A DNA stretch of 62,997 nt, the filler included, from Choristocarpus tenellus KU-1152 (taxonomy: Eukaryota; Protista; Phaeophyceae): assembly GCA_964200185.2 (NCBI GenBank). It is 14 parts of 14 records of this genome, joined end to end, with 100 filler letters (N's around TTAATTAATTAA, not from the genome) between each part and the next. Parts side by side here need not be neighbours in the genome. Positions count along the whole stretch, not along the records: positions 1 to 2,575 come from CAXNAD020026631.1; positions 2,676 to 7,015 come from CAXNAD020015032.1; positions 7,116 to 9,884 come from CAXNAD020024901.1; positions 9,985 to 12,813 come from CAXNAD020024381.1; 10 more parts are not named here. One strand, given 5' to 3'. A program made the translations under genes and the position numbers. The notes under the pieces are model-generated. The model had not been told where the DNA came from and did not search any database. It saw nothing but the letters and a program-made list of their open reading frames with translations. Of the stretch, positions 1 through 12,660 are shown piece by piece. The first letter of the stretch is position 1; the number at the start of each line of letters is the position of its first letter.

Positions 1-738
1 CCAACGGACTTGACGGACTTGTTGGCTCTCGATGGACCTCATTGGTTTGAAAATGTTGAACCAAGTCATATACTTCTGGGAACCTGTTGCTGAACCCATA
101 TCTTGCTCCCACAGTTTTGTAAGTGTGATGCTGCTGAGTCAGACGCCCGTCCTGGTACGTGCGGCCGTGCGGGTTTGAGCGTTGTGAGTATAATTGCAGA
201 CCAAGTTGGACACAAGCGCTGAGCACCAAGCCATCAATACACCCTCCGTGTCATGCACTTTGCAGGATGGGAGGTGGACAGATTCTGGGCCTGGCTCTCC
301 TTGCAACGAGAGCAGCAGTCGCAGTGCTTGCAGCTCACACACCCCTGCTATGAGAGACTGTGTTACAACAAGACAGAAGGTTGGGGGTTGTGGTGGGGGA
401 ATGGGTGTGGCATGCTATTAACACTAGCCTTGATGCGGTAGGGCCGAGTGTAGGAGCAATTGAAAAATGCAATGTATGCGGAGTAGATCACAGTTGATCA
501 TCTGACCCCTTTCCAGAAGTTTAAATGCGTGATACCTGCCATACCAACCACAGATATCTATCAACAGATTGGCATGAGAATATTGCCTTCTGTGGAGAAG
601 GCGTTTCTGTTTGATTACAAATCACAAACACAAGATTTGTTTCTAGAAGGCGATATCCAAGGAAATCGTACGATTACGGAGACAAATGAACATTGTTGGC
701 TCCCCCCCCCCTCCTTTCCCTGTCTTGCATCGCTCAAG

Positions 739-2319
739 GTGCGTCGTGCTGAGTCTTTTGCTATCCCTTCTATCACCCTGTTAGCTGATCATCTTGGGGC
801 AGAGAAGACGAAGAATGCTAGTTTACGGTGAGTACTGGTGAAGAAGGTTTTGACCCCTCATCCATTCTCTCTCTTGTACACCCCATCAGGCGTTGCGGCC
901 GCATGTTGTATTTTACCACCCTTGCAGCTTTGATTTGTATATTCCTTGTAGTGGCTAGTAATTGGAATGGGACTGTACTCATCTATGCTTTTGTGACATA
1001 TTATTATTGCTTTGTGTGTGTGCAGCGCAAGTTGGGGGAGGGTCTGTATCACCAATGTCAACATGTAAGGAAGGACAATTCTGGAGAGGGATTGAATGGC
1101 AACCTCCCATGACCATCCCCCACAAGTCCTTTGCAGGTCACTGCCCACCCCCACCCTCCCTCTAGATGTTCACATCGATGGATCTTCCACCGAGTTGACA
1201 CACTGCCATGTGGAGTGGCACATGGTAAGCGAAGCAGCACAGGATAGAACCGCCACAAGGAGATTGGAAAACAGCCCTCCTGATCTTTGACCAAAGGAGG
1301 TCAAACCTCATCTTTTTTTTCGATCGGGACATCAGCCATTGTCACTGCTTCTCATATTCTTGAACAATGCAATCCAACCCCACCTTCAATGTGATATGTG
1401 TCTGTCATCTTGTACTTTTTTACATATGTGACGAGAAGGTCAAACCCAGGAGAGAGGAGAAACGAGACCCGGAGGTTGAGAAAGTAGCAGTACTTTCGCC
1501 ACTTTAGGCTAAGTACTGATAGTGATAAGAGATACAGTGTGTTCACGTGGGATGTACTCCCAGTTTATTTTGGTGAAGGTGTCATGTTGCCCTCTGCATT
1601 GAGCCTTTGTGAATGTGATGGCATTAGGGGATGTGCCTACAAGTGCCAGAGGTGCATAACATTGGTAGTAGGTCAAGAAGTGAATCAATCACACTATAGC
1701 AGTATCAGTTCAGTGGTTAATATAGGGGGATTGGTTTATGATTTGTTGATGGGAGGAAGAAAGCTTATAGGTGGGTGGGACATCACTCACTTGCCAACAA
1801 ATATAGGTGTCTCACTGTTGGCTTTATCACTGTTGTACTTGTGTCGTGCAGGGCGATGGGCACTGAATCAAGTGAAGTTGGAGACCTCAAGCTGCAACTG
1901 ATTGCGCTGAGCAACCAAATGGAGGTTTGTTCAAGTAGACAAGGTTGTGATTAGATGAGGGGGGTAGAGACTGGTGGAAGTGGATGGTGTCCTTATTTGG
2001 TTGGTAAAGTTATGTTTTATGATTATTTTGCATTCTTCCCGTAGGCTGGGAGGTCGGGAAGCCTTACGCCATTTCAAATGCTAAGAGAATCGATGCTGAC
2101 AAATACTCAACGTGCAGTTAGCCACATGCCCAACCCCAGCTATGCTGCTTTGCTGTGAATCCCAATGGTGTTTGGCTGATCATATCCGGTGCCGTCCATG
2201 CCAAATCATACCGACTCTCTGTGGATTGTGCACTGAACTTGCAGGAGTCTGAGCATGAGCGGAGGCTTGCAGAGGACAGGGCCCATGGATTGAGTTTGGA
2301 GCTAGAAGGGGCATATAGG
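739..2319 (+). CDS. Partial intron-containing host gene, coiled-coil-like protein (exons 739-827, 1852-1924, 2245-2319)
   Basis: AG/GT-bounded exons join in phase (2 then 0): VRRAESFAIPSITLLADHLGAEKTKNASLR-AMGTESSEVGDLKLQLIALSNQME-ESEHERRLAEDRAHGLSLELEGAYR. Confidence 0.65.
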
Positions 2320-3103
2320 GTGAGGATTGCGAGCCTCTTGTGATGAGCTCCAAAAAAGAAATGGTCTGTATGAATGGTGGGGAAACAGGTTGTGCAAAAC
2401 CTGTTGATGGACGTTACATTGTGAGCAGAGGACGGGCGGTGTGGGGTTTTGTGTGTGTTTGGTATGCTGATATTCTAGCATTGATGGCACAGAGCCGCAT
2501 CTATTTGGGGGCCAAAATCCAATGTTGCGATTTTGATGTAATTTTGACTGTCGTGGTTCAAAGTATCTTGGGGGGNNNNNNNNNNNNNNNNNNNNNNNNN
2601 NNNNNNNNNNNNNNNNNNNTTAATTAATTAANNNNNNNNNNNNNNNNNNNNNNNNNNNNNNNNNNNNNNNNNNNNCTGGGGGGGGCGGGTAAACGATGGG
2701 AAGAGTGCTGATGGTAGTTCAAACAAGACAACAAGCGTCTCCCCACCAATTGGTGGGCAGAAGAAGTCCCACAACTCGCTAATGGTCATGAGTATACCCT
2801 CAACTTGGTTCAAGATATGGATTCAGGTTACCACCCAGTAGTTATTGAGATCATGACACTACCTTGCTGAGTGAGGTTCCCATATTCACCATGAAAAGTG
2901 GTGGCAAAATGTCACTCCAACCTCTTAACCAAGTTCCTCATGTACCAGGACAAACAACAGCACACAAACTGCTGCTCCTGCTTCTCAATCATCTCGCTGT
3001 TGTATGGTGAGTATCAGCACCCATCGCTGTCCAGTTTCAAGTAATATGCACCATCCACTCCACTATGGGGTTGGTGTATTATACCAATGACAATGGACTG
3101 TAC

Positions 3104-3906
3104 CTTCATCTGGTCCCATTCCAACACCACTTGCAGAAGCTCTGCCAGTTTTCGCACTAGTGAGGGTCTATCAACAATTGCTGCTGGCTGTACAAGGCGA
3201 GTAAGCAATGTCGGTGTAGCCTGCAGAGCATACATGCAGAAACATGCAGGGGTGGGGTGGGGGGAGTAGAGCAGAGATGAGCAAGGAGCACTATTACACT
3301 ACACAATTGAGTAGTCACGCAAGGGAGAAAATAGTGAGCTGAATATGTGATGGGTTCATTTCTGGCAAACAAGAGATGCTTGAGGAAGGAGGGGGGGAGC
3401 ATCTGCTGTGAGGAAGGATGAGTGAATGACTCGATGAAGGAATGTGCAATTATTGTTGGAAAACAGGAGGGGATAGGGGGTGGATAGGAAAGCGAGTGAA
3501 ACATGGTCACATTTCTTCCTCTACACATAGGTCTTGCAGCTAAAAAGGCACACCTTCCTAAGATACTCCATTTCTACACGCTTAGTTACTTAGAGGAAGG
3601 TAACAGAGATAGGACAACTCCACAACTAGGTGTACAAAACAATCTCAAAAGCAGCTAAACTGATCCTCTCCACCGCTTGTGTACCAAGAGTACAACTGTC
3701 AAAATTATTGACAAGATGCAGCAAAATACAAAAATAGCAGCTCATTTGCCCCAGGTACAAATTTACTACCCTATATCACCCCCCCTATTGAGTACCTGTT
3801 CTATATCCCTGGCCACTTCAAAGAATGAACGTATGGTCTCCACATTCGGAAGGAGCGCTGAAAAAGCTGCATGCTGTGTTTCTGCATCGTTGGGTGATCC
3901 CATAGA
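3104..3906 (-). CDS. CYRI/FAM49 (DUF1394) family gene, two internal exons (3906-3796, 3220-3104)
   Basis: Phase-0 AG/GT exons give SMGSPNDAETQHAAFSALLPNVETIRSFFEVARDIEQ-ATPTLLTRLVQPAAIVDRPSLVRKLAELLQVVLEWDQMK, resembling the FAM49 segment from QEKAWGAVVPLV to [20 protein letters not shown]. Confidence 0.75.
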
Positions 3907-6131
3907 CTAATTTTCCGACATCCCCAAAAATCGTAGAGGCAGGAACAGTAAGTAGGTGTTGAGCAAAATGGAGGGGGGTGGGGGGAAGGGGAAATTGTAT
4001 ATTACATTGACTGGAGCATACAATAGTAGTGGGAGGATACTCGTGAGATCTGTATTTATGAGGTAAATTCTGTTTGCACCTAGGAGATGCAAAGAAAATT
4101 CAGAGACAAAGCCAAGACATCATATACATGAGAGCTTGTGGTCGATGCATTCTCGTGACAAGAGGTGCAAGACAGCAAAAACACTTCAATTCCCACAGCC
4201 ATCCATGGCCAAATCTACGCATTGAATAATAGAACCAATGCCTACTTGTCAGCTTCAGTTTGACTTGATACTACAATACTAAAACCCAGAATAACTTCTG
4301 CCCTCCTCATTCGTGAAGTCTCTACCTCATAATAATGTGAAACAATGAAAACACCTAGCCTCAACAGCATATACACAAACCAACCTATCCAGCCTACAAC
4401 ATTCAGCAGCCCAGTACTACTCAAAACCCCGAGAAGAGTAATAAAAGACCCAGACACAAGAGAGTGACAAGGAAGTCACACCAGTCAGGTCTTCACTATT
4501 GACAAGGTAGGACACCATCACAGGACAATTTCTACACTTTCACCATCCTTGGTTCCGCCTACCTTGATACATGGGGGCCTTCCTTCTACTCTTGTTCATA
4601 AAGCTATGCCCGACATTGAATCACCATCCGCTCACGGTAGTAACCATCAACTCACACACATACCTGTCGAATTATCCCTCCACAACCTTCGTACAATTGT
4701 GCCTCATGTAACGCATCTGTCCCTCTCTGAAGACACCCACACGAGCCACAAACATGAGCCATATCGAGGTAACAGGCGAGGGAAGGAAAGTGTGGGGGGG
4801 GTTATACCTTGCTGCTTCAGAACATGAAGCATAAAGTCAGTTTGTATGCCGTTCCGACCGAAAATAACCACATGATACAATACACTCGGGCGGTTTGCAG
4901 CGTTCATGAACGGGATGTGCGCCCGAAGGATGCGGATCTCTGATCCCAACAACCTTCCGAGTTCAGAGCCCGGTACCTCACAAAATCTTTGTCGCAAGCT
5001 CTGTGAGGTTTGACACTAAACGACACAGGAGTGCAGGGAATGCAAGTGGTGATGTGTTCAACAATGACTAACCTCAACCAAAGTGCAGAATAGGTTGTAC
5101 AGGTCTCGATCTTCTTCAGTTGAAACGTCTGGCGGATCATCGCTCAACTCGCCTGGGTGCCACGGATGTCGAAAGTAAGATGTATGGTTTGACATGCCAT
5201 TCGATGGATTCAAGTTTAACGAGGTGTGTAGACTGTCACAAGTCCTGAAATCTTGCCTTCTTCACGTAGTTCAGTCAAAGATGTGGGAAGGATGTATGAG
5301 GTGTTGGAAATTTTCTTCTTCGTCCTAGTAGGGTAAGTCTTGTGTACATAGATAGAAGACCATTGTATTCGAGGAAAATGGATTCGTTGTCGAAATCGAT
5401 AGCAGGAGACTGGAGTGCCCATCAAAGTATCAACTATGTACTTTTGAGGGGTTGGATTCACGAATGGTGACACAAGATAAAGGGTTACAATATTCCACAG
5501 CACCTTGAGCAGCGAACGACGGAAGTACATAAGAAATACCGGCATCGGCTCCTTTAAAGAGTTAAGGCAACTAACCCCAAATCCAATCTACACGGCATCA
5601 CTTTCACCCAACAAGCGACATGTCTCACAGATGCCAGCCGCAATGTCTATACCAACAAATGACAGTAGGACGAGTACTATCCACAACCCATGGAAATGCA
5701 CTCACCTTCGAAATCGACAGAGTAGTTGAACCCGACGTACCCATCACGCCAGACGCCCATCAGGTTCCCCATGGCGTCGACCTTATCAGAGGTACCAATA
5801 GGGCGTAACGCCCCTTGCGCAGGCTAGAACTCAGCTGAAGGTGAATCGGAAATGGAGGGGTGGTCAGCTTGCAACTCCCTCGATGGTAAAACGGTAAACC
5901 TTGAAGGAAAGGAACTACCCCCCCCTTGCCGTTGTCACGCAGTGTCACCTCGAGGTTGACTTTTTTTCTGTCACTTTGTATGGGAGATCGAAAGGTATTG
6001 TGAAGGCGTTCTCTAGGGCTAGGAATAAGACTAACCAATCACCACTATTATATTCATTTCCTTTTTCCCCGCTTGGTTCAGATCATATCTGTTTTCGCAG
6101 TTACTTTTATTCTGATTATGAGATCTATACC

Positions 6132-6444
6132 TGATCATTAACTCCCTCTTCCTCGAACATACATTCCTTTTATTGGAATTGAATAGACTGATGACGTCCG
6201 TCCATCTCAACTCCAACAATAGTAGATTGGATTAATAGTAGTAGTTATAGGTTTAGGGTTAAAACGAAACAAAACAGACCGTACACCCTAAAATTATTGT
6301 TACTAAGATACTCTTAGAATGTGGTGCTATGGTGAGTTGAATTTTATGATAGAATCTATTCGTTCGATATTTTACTGTTTGTTTTCGATATTTTCAACTT
6401 CAAATACCCACCATAAGAACGCGGAATAGAATCTGATATGATCA
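6132..6444. mobile_element. Probable solo LTR (313 bp)
   Basis: TG...CA ends with 7-bp inverted termini TGATCAT/ATGATCA; flanks ATACC/ATACT (4 of 5 match). Confidence 0.5.
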
Positions 6445-6889
6445 ATACTTGAAAGGAAACATACATATATACTGTATTATATATATATAGATAATATACA
6501 CGTACAGGAGTAATAGTATTGCTAGAGACATATACAACATGCGACCATCCCCACCCAGGTTGACACAGCCCCTCCATATTATGAAGGCCTGTTCAAAACC
6601 TAGCTCAGCTGCGAAGAGGGACAAGGGTGACCAAACTGACAATGGTGCAACTAACATGGTAAATGATCAAAGAAAAACGACTACAGAACCGCAAAGAAGT
6701 AGGTGGCTAAGTACCACAAGGAAATGGAGGTGCTGAGACGCAAGCAAGGAGGATAAATCGGGGGCAGCCTCGGTTGCCTTCCAGAAAAGTGTGACTGAGC
6801 AAACAAATGTTTCATTCCAATAATAATAGGAGTAGAGTGCAACAAACTGTAGAACAAATGCTATACTATTGCAAGTCGTGAACACATTA

Positions 6890-7015
6890 AACAGCCTCTT
6901 CTCAGCGAAATTGAGGATGGAGCATACTATGGAGGATGGGTTTGACCCAAATGGAGCGCGGAAAGTGTCCATATATATGTTTTTTTTTGTAAATGTTGCG
7001 GCACTTTTTAAAGGC
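6890..7015 (+). mobile_element. Repeat family D terminus (AACAGC...GAGGATGGAGCAT...GAGGATG...TTTGACCCAAA); other copies 20741-20866 (+), 23462-23529 (+), 38283-38345 (+), 51119-51184 (-)
   Basis: Five similar copies share the same start; four are cut by contig ends. Confidence 0.7.
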
Positions 7016-7559
7016 NNNNNNNNNNNNNNNNNNNNNNNNNNNNNNNNNNNNNNNNNNNNTTAATTAATTAANNNNNNNNNNNNNNNNNNNNNNNNNNNNN
7101 NNNNNNNNNNNNNNNCCACTCAATCCCACTCTACCATCATCCAAGAACACCCCTTCATCATCCCCTTCATACCGTGCCTTTGAGCTAGAAGACATCTACC
7201 CTGCCCGAACTTGACCTACCCTCCCTCACTAGCATCCCAGTCGGTCGTGAGCAAGTGACAGGGTGGGTGGGTGGGAAAGCTTGCTCGGGGGTTGTCTTGA
7301 CCTAACCCTTGTCGTCCTGCCACACCAGCCCCAGGTTTCTTTCCCAGTTCAATACTGCCCAATCCTTCTTCTCTTCTGCCTCCGCCTACCGCCCATTTCT
7401 TTAACTTCTCTCCTCCCTCTCTCAACCACTCAGTCTTTAACTCTTCGTTCACACTCTTGCTACATTTTTTTTTTCTTTTCCCCACCCTTCTCCTGTGCCT
7501 CCAACCAACCAGAATTCTTCCGTCCACAAAACGCAGATTACTTCATAAACTTCCCCTTT

Positions 7560-8670
7560 GCGCACACATTTCTCTATTACAGAACTCTTAGACCGCTTGC
7601 CGTTGACGGTCGCGAGGATATGGCGTCACCCATCGGATCCAAGATTCCATTCAACCTTCTCCAAAGATTTGATGGCTGAGAGAGCTTTGGGTTTGCTGGA
7701 AGGACCCTCCACCTTGACACAACTAGTGATTCTGAACACCCCACACAACTGACCATAGACCTTGCATCACGACAGTGGTATTCACACTGACAGGTGTGGT
7801 CAAGGCTGTTTCCCCTGTTTGGTGGCACTCCATCTCTGTCTGGAGATATTGTTTCTCTAGTTGGAGTTGGATGAAGTCTGAAAGAGGAACCTGCTCATGA
7901 CCAGGACTGTTGGTAACAACACTTGCATAGGTTGCGGGGGTAGGGTTGTGACCAGACAGGTTATTGGCTTCATTACGTTTGGCACGGTCATGGGCCTGAG
8001 CAAACGTGGTCAGGGTTCTTCTCGGATTTGTTCCAAGGCGAATAGTACGAGGGTGATTTTGAGTCGTTCAACAAGGAAGGGTAGTGTGTCAACACAATCT
8101 AAAGGAAGTTTTGTACGACAACATCCTCAAGAAAATGATTCATGGCCACTGTACAACATAATATTCATCGACAGACTCCATCTCTTCCTGTTTCAAGGAT
8201 GTGAATCTACAGACCGAACACTCACAGTATGGGTAGGGGTGAACGCGTTAATCAAGGCCTTTGATACATCTTCCATGACATTGGTGGAGTTATAGGAACA
8301 AGGGTGTCAGGGGACGACTGTAATCTGGCCAGATCACTAGGTGAACGTCATTGTACCGTAGCAACCAACGCCTGAAAAACTAATGTTTTGAGCAGGTCCT
8401 TGAAGAATTTCGGGCAAAATTTCCCATAACAAGCATCAATTGTTTCAGGGGATGAAGGGTCATACTGACGAGAGTGTAGAGTGATTGCGACATGCCATTT
8501 AGAGAATAATAGTTGTAAATAGCTTCTTCTCCACAATCTGCGATTGCCAGACCAGTCAGTATCTCCATAATGTAATAACTCAATCGATTCCCTCCAGATT
8601 TTGGACGCGAGTGCAAAGCATCACTACTGTTTCCGACAGGTCTTACTTGATCAGCAATTTGCACATGAGC
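7560..8670 (-). mobile_element. Degenerate Ty3/gypsy-like integrase region
   Basis: Frameshifted remnants near 8560-8660 (RP..ETVVM, RPKSGG) resemble the integrase core start; many stops. Confidence 0.4.
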
Positions 8671-8759
8671 CTAAAGCTCCAGGATCTCCTGCTTTGAACT
8701 TCTAATGAATATTTTATACCTCAATCACTCTTGCACATATCATCAAAACATAAATCAGT

Positions 8760-9250
8760 CCCACTTCATTCCACGCATGATAACACTGGAATGCCTATTG
8801 AATGGTTCCCTTGACAGACCCTCTGTAAAAAGATTCTCACATGTCAAAATTCTTTGGGAAAATATAACTGATTGTAATATTTTCTTCCTTCTCCAACTGG
8901 TATACATAGTGGCACCGTATATCTCTGTGTTTTGTTCTACCCCCAAATGTTGCCTTCTGCACAATCTTAATTGACTTTCAATATACTCATACACTGATAC
9001 AGAGTGATCCTTAACAAGTTGTTGCATGAGCATCTGCACCTGCTTGAGGAACATAACCTATTTCCCCAAACTCATAGAATGCAACATACTCAGCCTCGGC
9101 AGTAATCAATGTGACCGTTTTCTGCTTCCTAGACTACTGGTCAACACATCCTCCCCCAAACATCACAACACCTTAAGAAACAGACAATCTACTCTCCTTG
9201 CAGTTAGCTTAGTCAGTATGGATGGCTCCTCGGTCCATTCTTGTACAATC
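8760..9250 (-). mobile_element. Ty1/copia RNase H C-terminal remnant
   Basis: RTKHRDIRCHYVYQLEKEENITISYI matches the copia RTKHIDIRYHF motif. Confidence 0.75.
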
Positions 9251-9254
9251 CAAA

Positions 9255-9884
9255 GGGACAAAGTATCTTAGGGGGGGGGGTGTCGGCGTCCGTTTTTCAT
9301 CCTCTTTCGAGTTTTCCCATTTTGGTGTGATTTGGTCGTACGTGTCGGATTTGAGATGTCAGCAAAAAGAGACTGTTGGTTAGGTTCGTTTCTGTCCTTG
9401 CGTAGTATGTATAACGGGGATGTATGCCACCATTTGATAATCGGTGTTTGATTGGGGAATGAGTTTGTACGTTTGCATGTGTCAGATGTCGAGTCTATTC
9501 GAATAGGTCTATTGGTTTTTGTGTGTTGGTTGCATTTATATGATGAAGAAGATGAAGAGGTGTACTTGGGAGGCTGTTTCATTTTTTTTTGTGTGTACGA
9601 CTGGGATTTGGTTTGCACCCAAAGAGTGTTGCCAGTTAGGGTGTGTTTTGCCATTGTTTACGAGGAATACAAAAAAATGATTTTGTCTGCTCCGGGGTTG
9701 CTCTGTTCGTTGGTTTGTTTGCATCGGTTGAGTATGAAACGATCACATAGAGGATTGTTTGTTTGGGTGTGTTCTCTCCACGTGGGCACGATGACCAAAA
9801 CATACGGATGTAAAGTGTCTGAGGGGATTAAAAAATGTCTAAATGGGGACCAAACACCAGAATTTTGATTTTGGTGTATATCTG
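9255..9884 (+). mobile_element. Non-autonomous TIR family C (starts GGGACAAAGTATCTTAGGGG); related body at ~62513-62945 (-)
   Basis: Terminus shares CAAAGTATCTTAG with MITE A; 9372-9435 resembles the reverse complement of 62881-62945. Confidence 0.6.
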
Positions 9885-9984
9885 NNNNNNNNNNNNNNNN
9901 NNNNNNNNNNNNNNNNNNNNNNNNNNNNTTAATTAATTAANNNNNNNNNNNNNNNNNNNNNNNNNNNNNNNNNNNNNNNNNNNN

Positions 9985-10890
9985 CACTCACTCCCCCAGG
10001 CTTGAAGCCTATCATAATTGAATGTCTTGTACATCCTCTTGTTGAGTGAAGTCCTTTGCTAACAACCTTCCTTGCCAGGGTGCTTCTGATATGGAAGATG
10101 GTTCTTGATGGGTCTGGAGTAGATATTATTTACTTCCCAGGCTTACAAGTCTTGTACAGGCAGCCCTTTGCTGACAAGTTTCCCCAGGTTTTCTTTTCTG
10201 GCTCCAACCCTGGTCCAGCTAATTCCTCCGCCTGTTAAGACGGTGTCACTCTCCTAGCCCAATAAACGATCTGAACGTTTCCTTTACCTCCACAGTTGTA
10301 GCATATTCCTTCAAAAGAACAAGGACCAATATGCTTGATCAGTCCACAGTTTAAACATCTTCTGTTGGTCCTGATTTCGTCTCTGGTAGGGGATCTTGTT
10401 AAAATATGATCCGTATGTTGACCAGTTGTACCTTGGCCGCCTCTTCCGCTGACCTTCTGAGTTCTCTTCCATGAGTTTATGGTCCCAGCGGCTAGAGTGC
10501 TCCAAGGCTCCCCACGGTTAGCTCCTCCTTTCCTTTCTGGTGGAGGCTTAGTTGCTAGTCTCCTGCTCCCCTAGTGGCAGATACAGCAATTGCTTTTCTC
10601 ATTCCGTAAGCAAGAGTCTTGGGGTCTCCAATCGATGGGCGTGCCCCCTTCAGGGACAAGCGTTGTGATGACTGCTCTAGGTCCATAGGCAGATTCTTGT
10701 GGCTCAGGCTCACGTTCAGGCTCAGGCTCAGGCTCAGGATTGCAGCTCCGGCTGCATTGCCTCGATTAACTCCGCCATCTTGTCCCAGGGTCCCACTGCT
10801 CAATATTCGGCATGGCATACCAGGTACCCAGAGTATCTTCTTGACGTCCAGTTCTTGCTTGTTATCGATCGTACCATTTCTCATGTCTCC
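9985..10890 (-). mobile_element. LTR-retrotransposon gag remnant with two zinc knuckles
   Basis: CLNCGLIKHIGPC..GICYNCGGKG at ~10281-10358; interrupted frames. Confidence 0.55.
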
Positions 10891-11388
10891 TTAGCCTACA
10901 ACTTCCATTTGTGTCGAAGGTGCAGGTACACTTTGTTGGGATGGCGATGATGATACTATTCTGACAGAAGCTACCACTGAGCGCATATAAGTATTGACAT
11001 TATATGATGATCGAACTCTTTGTACGAATATCTCAGTTGTGCCCGAGATATCGTTTGTTGCGATCTGCCCCCCCCCCCCCACCCTGTCCGATATACCGAT
11101 CTGCATATATATATTTTCTCGGGCAAGTTGTTGGACTTGTAACACATCACAGTGGGCGAACGGGGCAAGGGGTAGGTGGGAAGCGGTCGCGGGACACACG
11201 CGGCAGGCAGTAGTGAGCAACATGTTGCTGTCAACAGAAAGACCACGAGGGATAAAAAAGATCAACAGCGAAAAGATCAACAATTGGCTGACTGACGATG
11301 AACCAAACAAAGGAAACTCGGTAACAACTTGGTAGATCAGAAGAGTCATCAGGCGATCATGGAACAACGACAACACCCCATCACCCAC

Positions 11389-11827
11389 CATTGGCAATTA
11401 GCCTCTCTTCTGCTTGGTTGAACTCCATGTAGACCCACATCATGAAAGCGCGTTCAGGATCAAACTCTCTCTTCAGCACCGTTATTCTATGGTTTCCGTC
11501 CAGTGTACGTCCTTGAATGGCAAGCGTGGTTTCGGTGGTGAGCTGGTCCCCATTACCTGAAGAGTCTCGCTGGATTACCACAGATGGAGCAAACTGCTCC
11601 AGCCAGCCTTTCTTGTGCATAGACTTGCTGACGCGCACAAGGCCACGCTCGCTCAGTGGACGCACCATCTCCGAGCATGTGATGTTGCCGAGTTTCGTCA
11701 GGCATGTGCCGAGGTAGTGATGTTCTAGGAGCGACGACATGCCCTTCAGATTGCTGTCCCACGTTCTCGATCCATGGGCAGCGCCATCGGCGAGCGGGTG
11801 GGTTGTTGTTGAGCGAATGCTGGACAT
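11389..11827 (-). CDS. ParB/Sulfiredoxin-like N-terminal domain protein, exon 1 (copy 1, open frame)
   Basis: ATG at 11827; VRPLSERGLVRVSKSMHKKGW...LDGNHRITVLK; GT donor after 11389; many synonymous differences versus copy 2. Confidence 0.65.
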
Positions 11828-12049
11828 GGCGAAGGTTGGGAGGGTGTGACAGGGATCGGTAAGTAGCAGGTGCGCGTGGTATATACTGAAGGGAATGAAT
11901 TGAAATGAGGACTGACGGAAGGGAGTTGCTGCTTTATTTTATCTGGTCATTCGGTCCTCAAAACTCAGGTTTATCTTTCCCTTGACATTTGTTACAAAAA
12001 ATACGAATATCGAACAGCATACGATTTTATATTGGAAAGAGACAGAGAG

Positions 12050-12660
12050 TAACAGTTTTTTGTGATCTTTTCGTTTCGTACCTTTCAAATGTATTAGATC
12101 AATGAAGGATGTGGTTTGTATGTGTATTTGTTGATGTAAGGATTAGAATATCATTCTAATTTTGTATAAACCCTAATGCACGTGTTTTGAGTGTTCAACG
12201 GTAATCAAGATAAGCGCAAGTCTTGAATACCATACATCCACTTTTTTGTGGTCTCTAGTGTTTATTTAAATACTAAAGACGCCAAAAAGCGGATTTAGTA
12301 TTTAAATAAATACTGGGTACCAGTTAAAGATGAATGAAGTATGTGCTTTGTATTTTAAACAATTTGTAAGTACGGATATAATCGGATTTACAACTTCCTC
12401 AAAACGTAATGCACGGTTTTTCAGGATCATGGATTTCAGGGTGGTCCCACGGATAGCCCAGTGCTCAAACAAACTTGGTTTCGGAACGTTGGAAACTTAC
12501 AAGATCAATGAAGTATGTGCTTTGTATTTTAAACAATTTGTAAGTACGGATATAGTAGGATTTACAACTTCCTATAATCGTTATGCACGGATTTTCCGGA
12601 TCAAGGATCTCAGGGTGGTCCCACGGATCGCGCAGAGCTCAAACAAAGTTCATACGCCCG
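12050..12660. repeat. AT-rich tandem-repeat region upstream of the ParB-like exon (copy 1)
   Basis: Direct repeats ~12330-12470 and ~12507-12650 (AATGAAGTATGTGCTTTGTATTTTAAACAATTTGTAAGTACGGATAT); imperfect palindrome ~12241-12290. Confidence 0.8.

Noticed and set aside
2576-2675. TTAATTAATTAA as a biological motif, and ORFs running into N tracts
   Set aside because: Artificial linker
4500-6130. Decayed coding-like DNA
   Set aside because: No motif I could assign
8380-8664. VMGNFARN resembling RAG1 MNGNFARK
   Set aside because: Short chance match inside a frameshifted retroelement-like region with no supporting motifs
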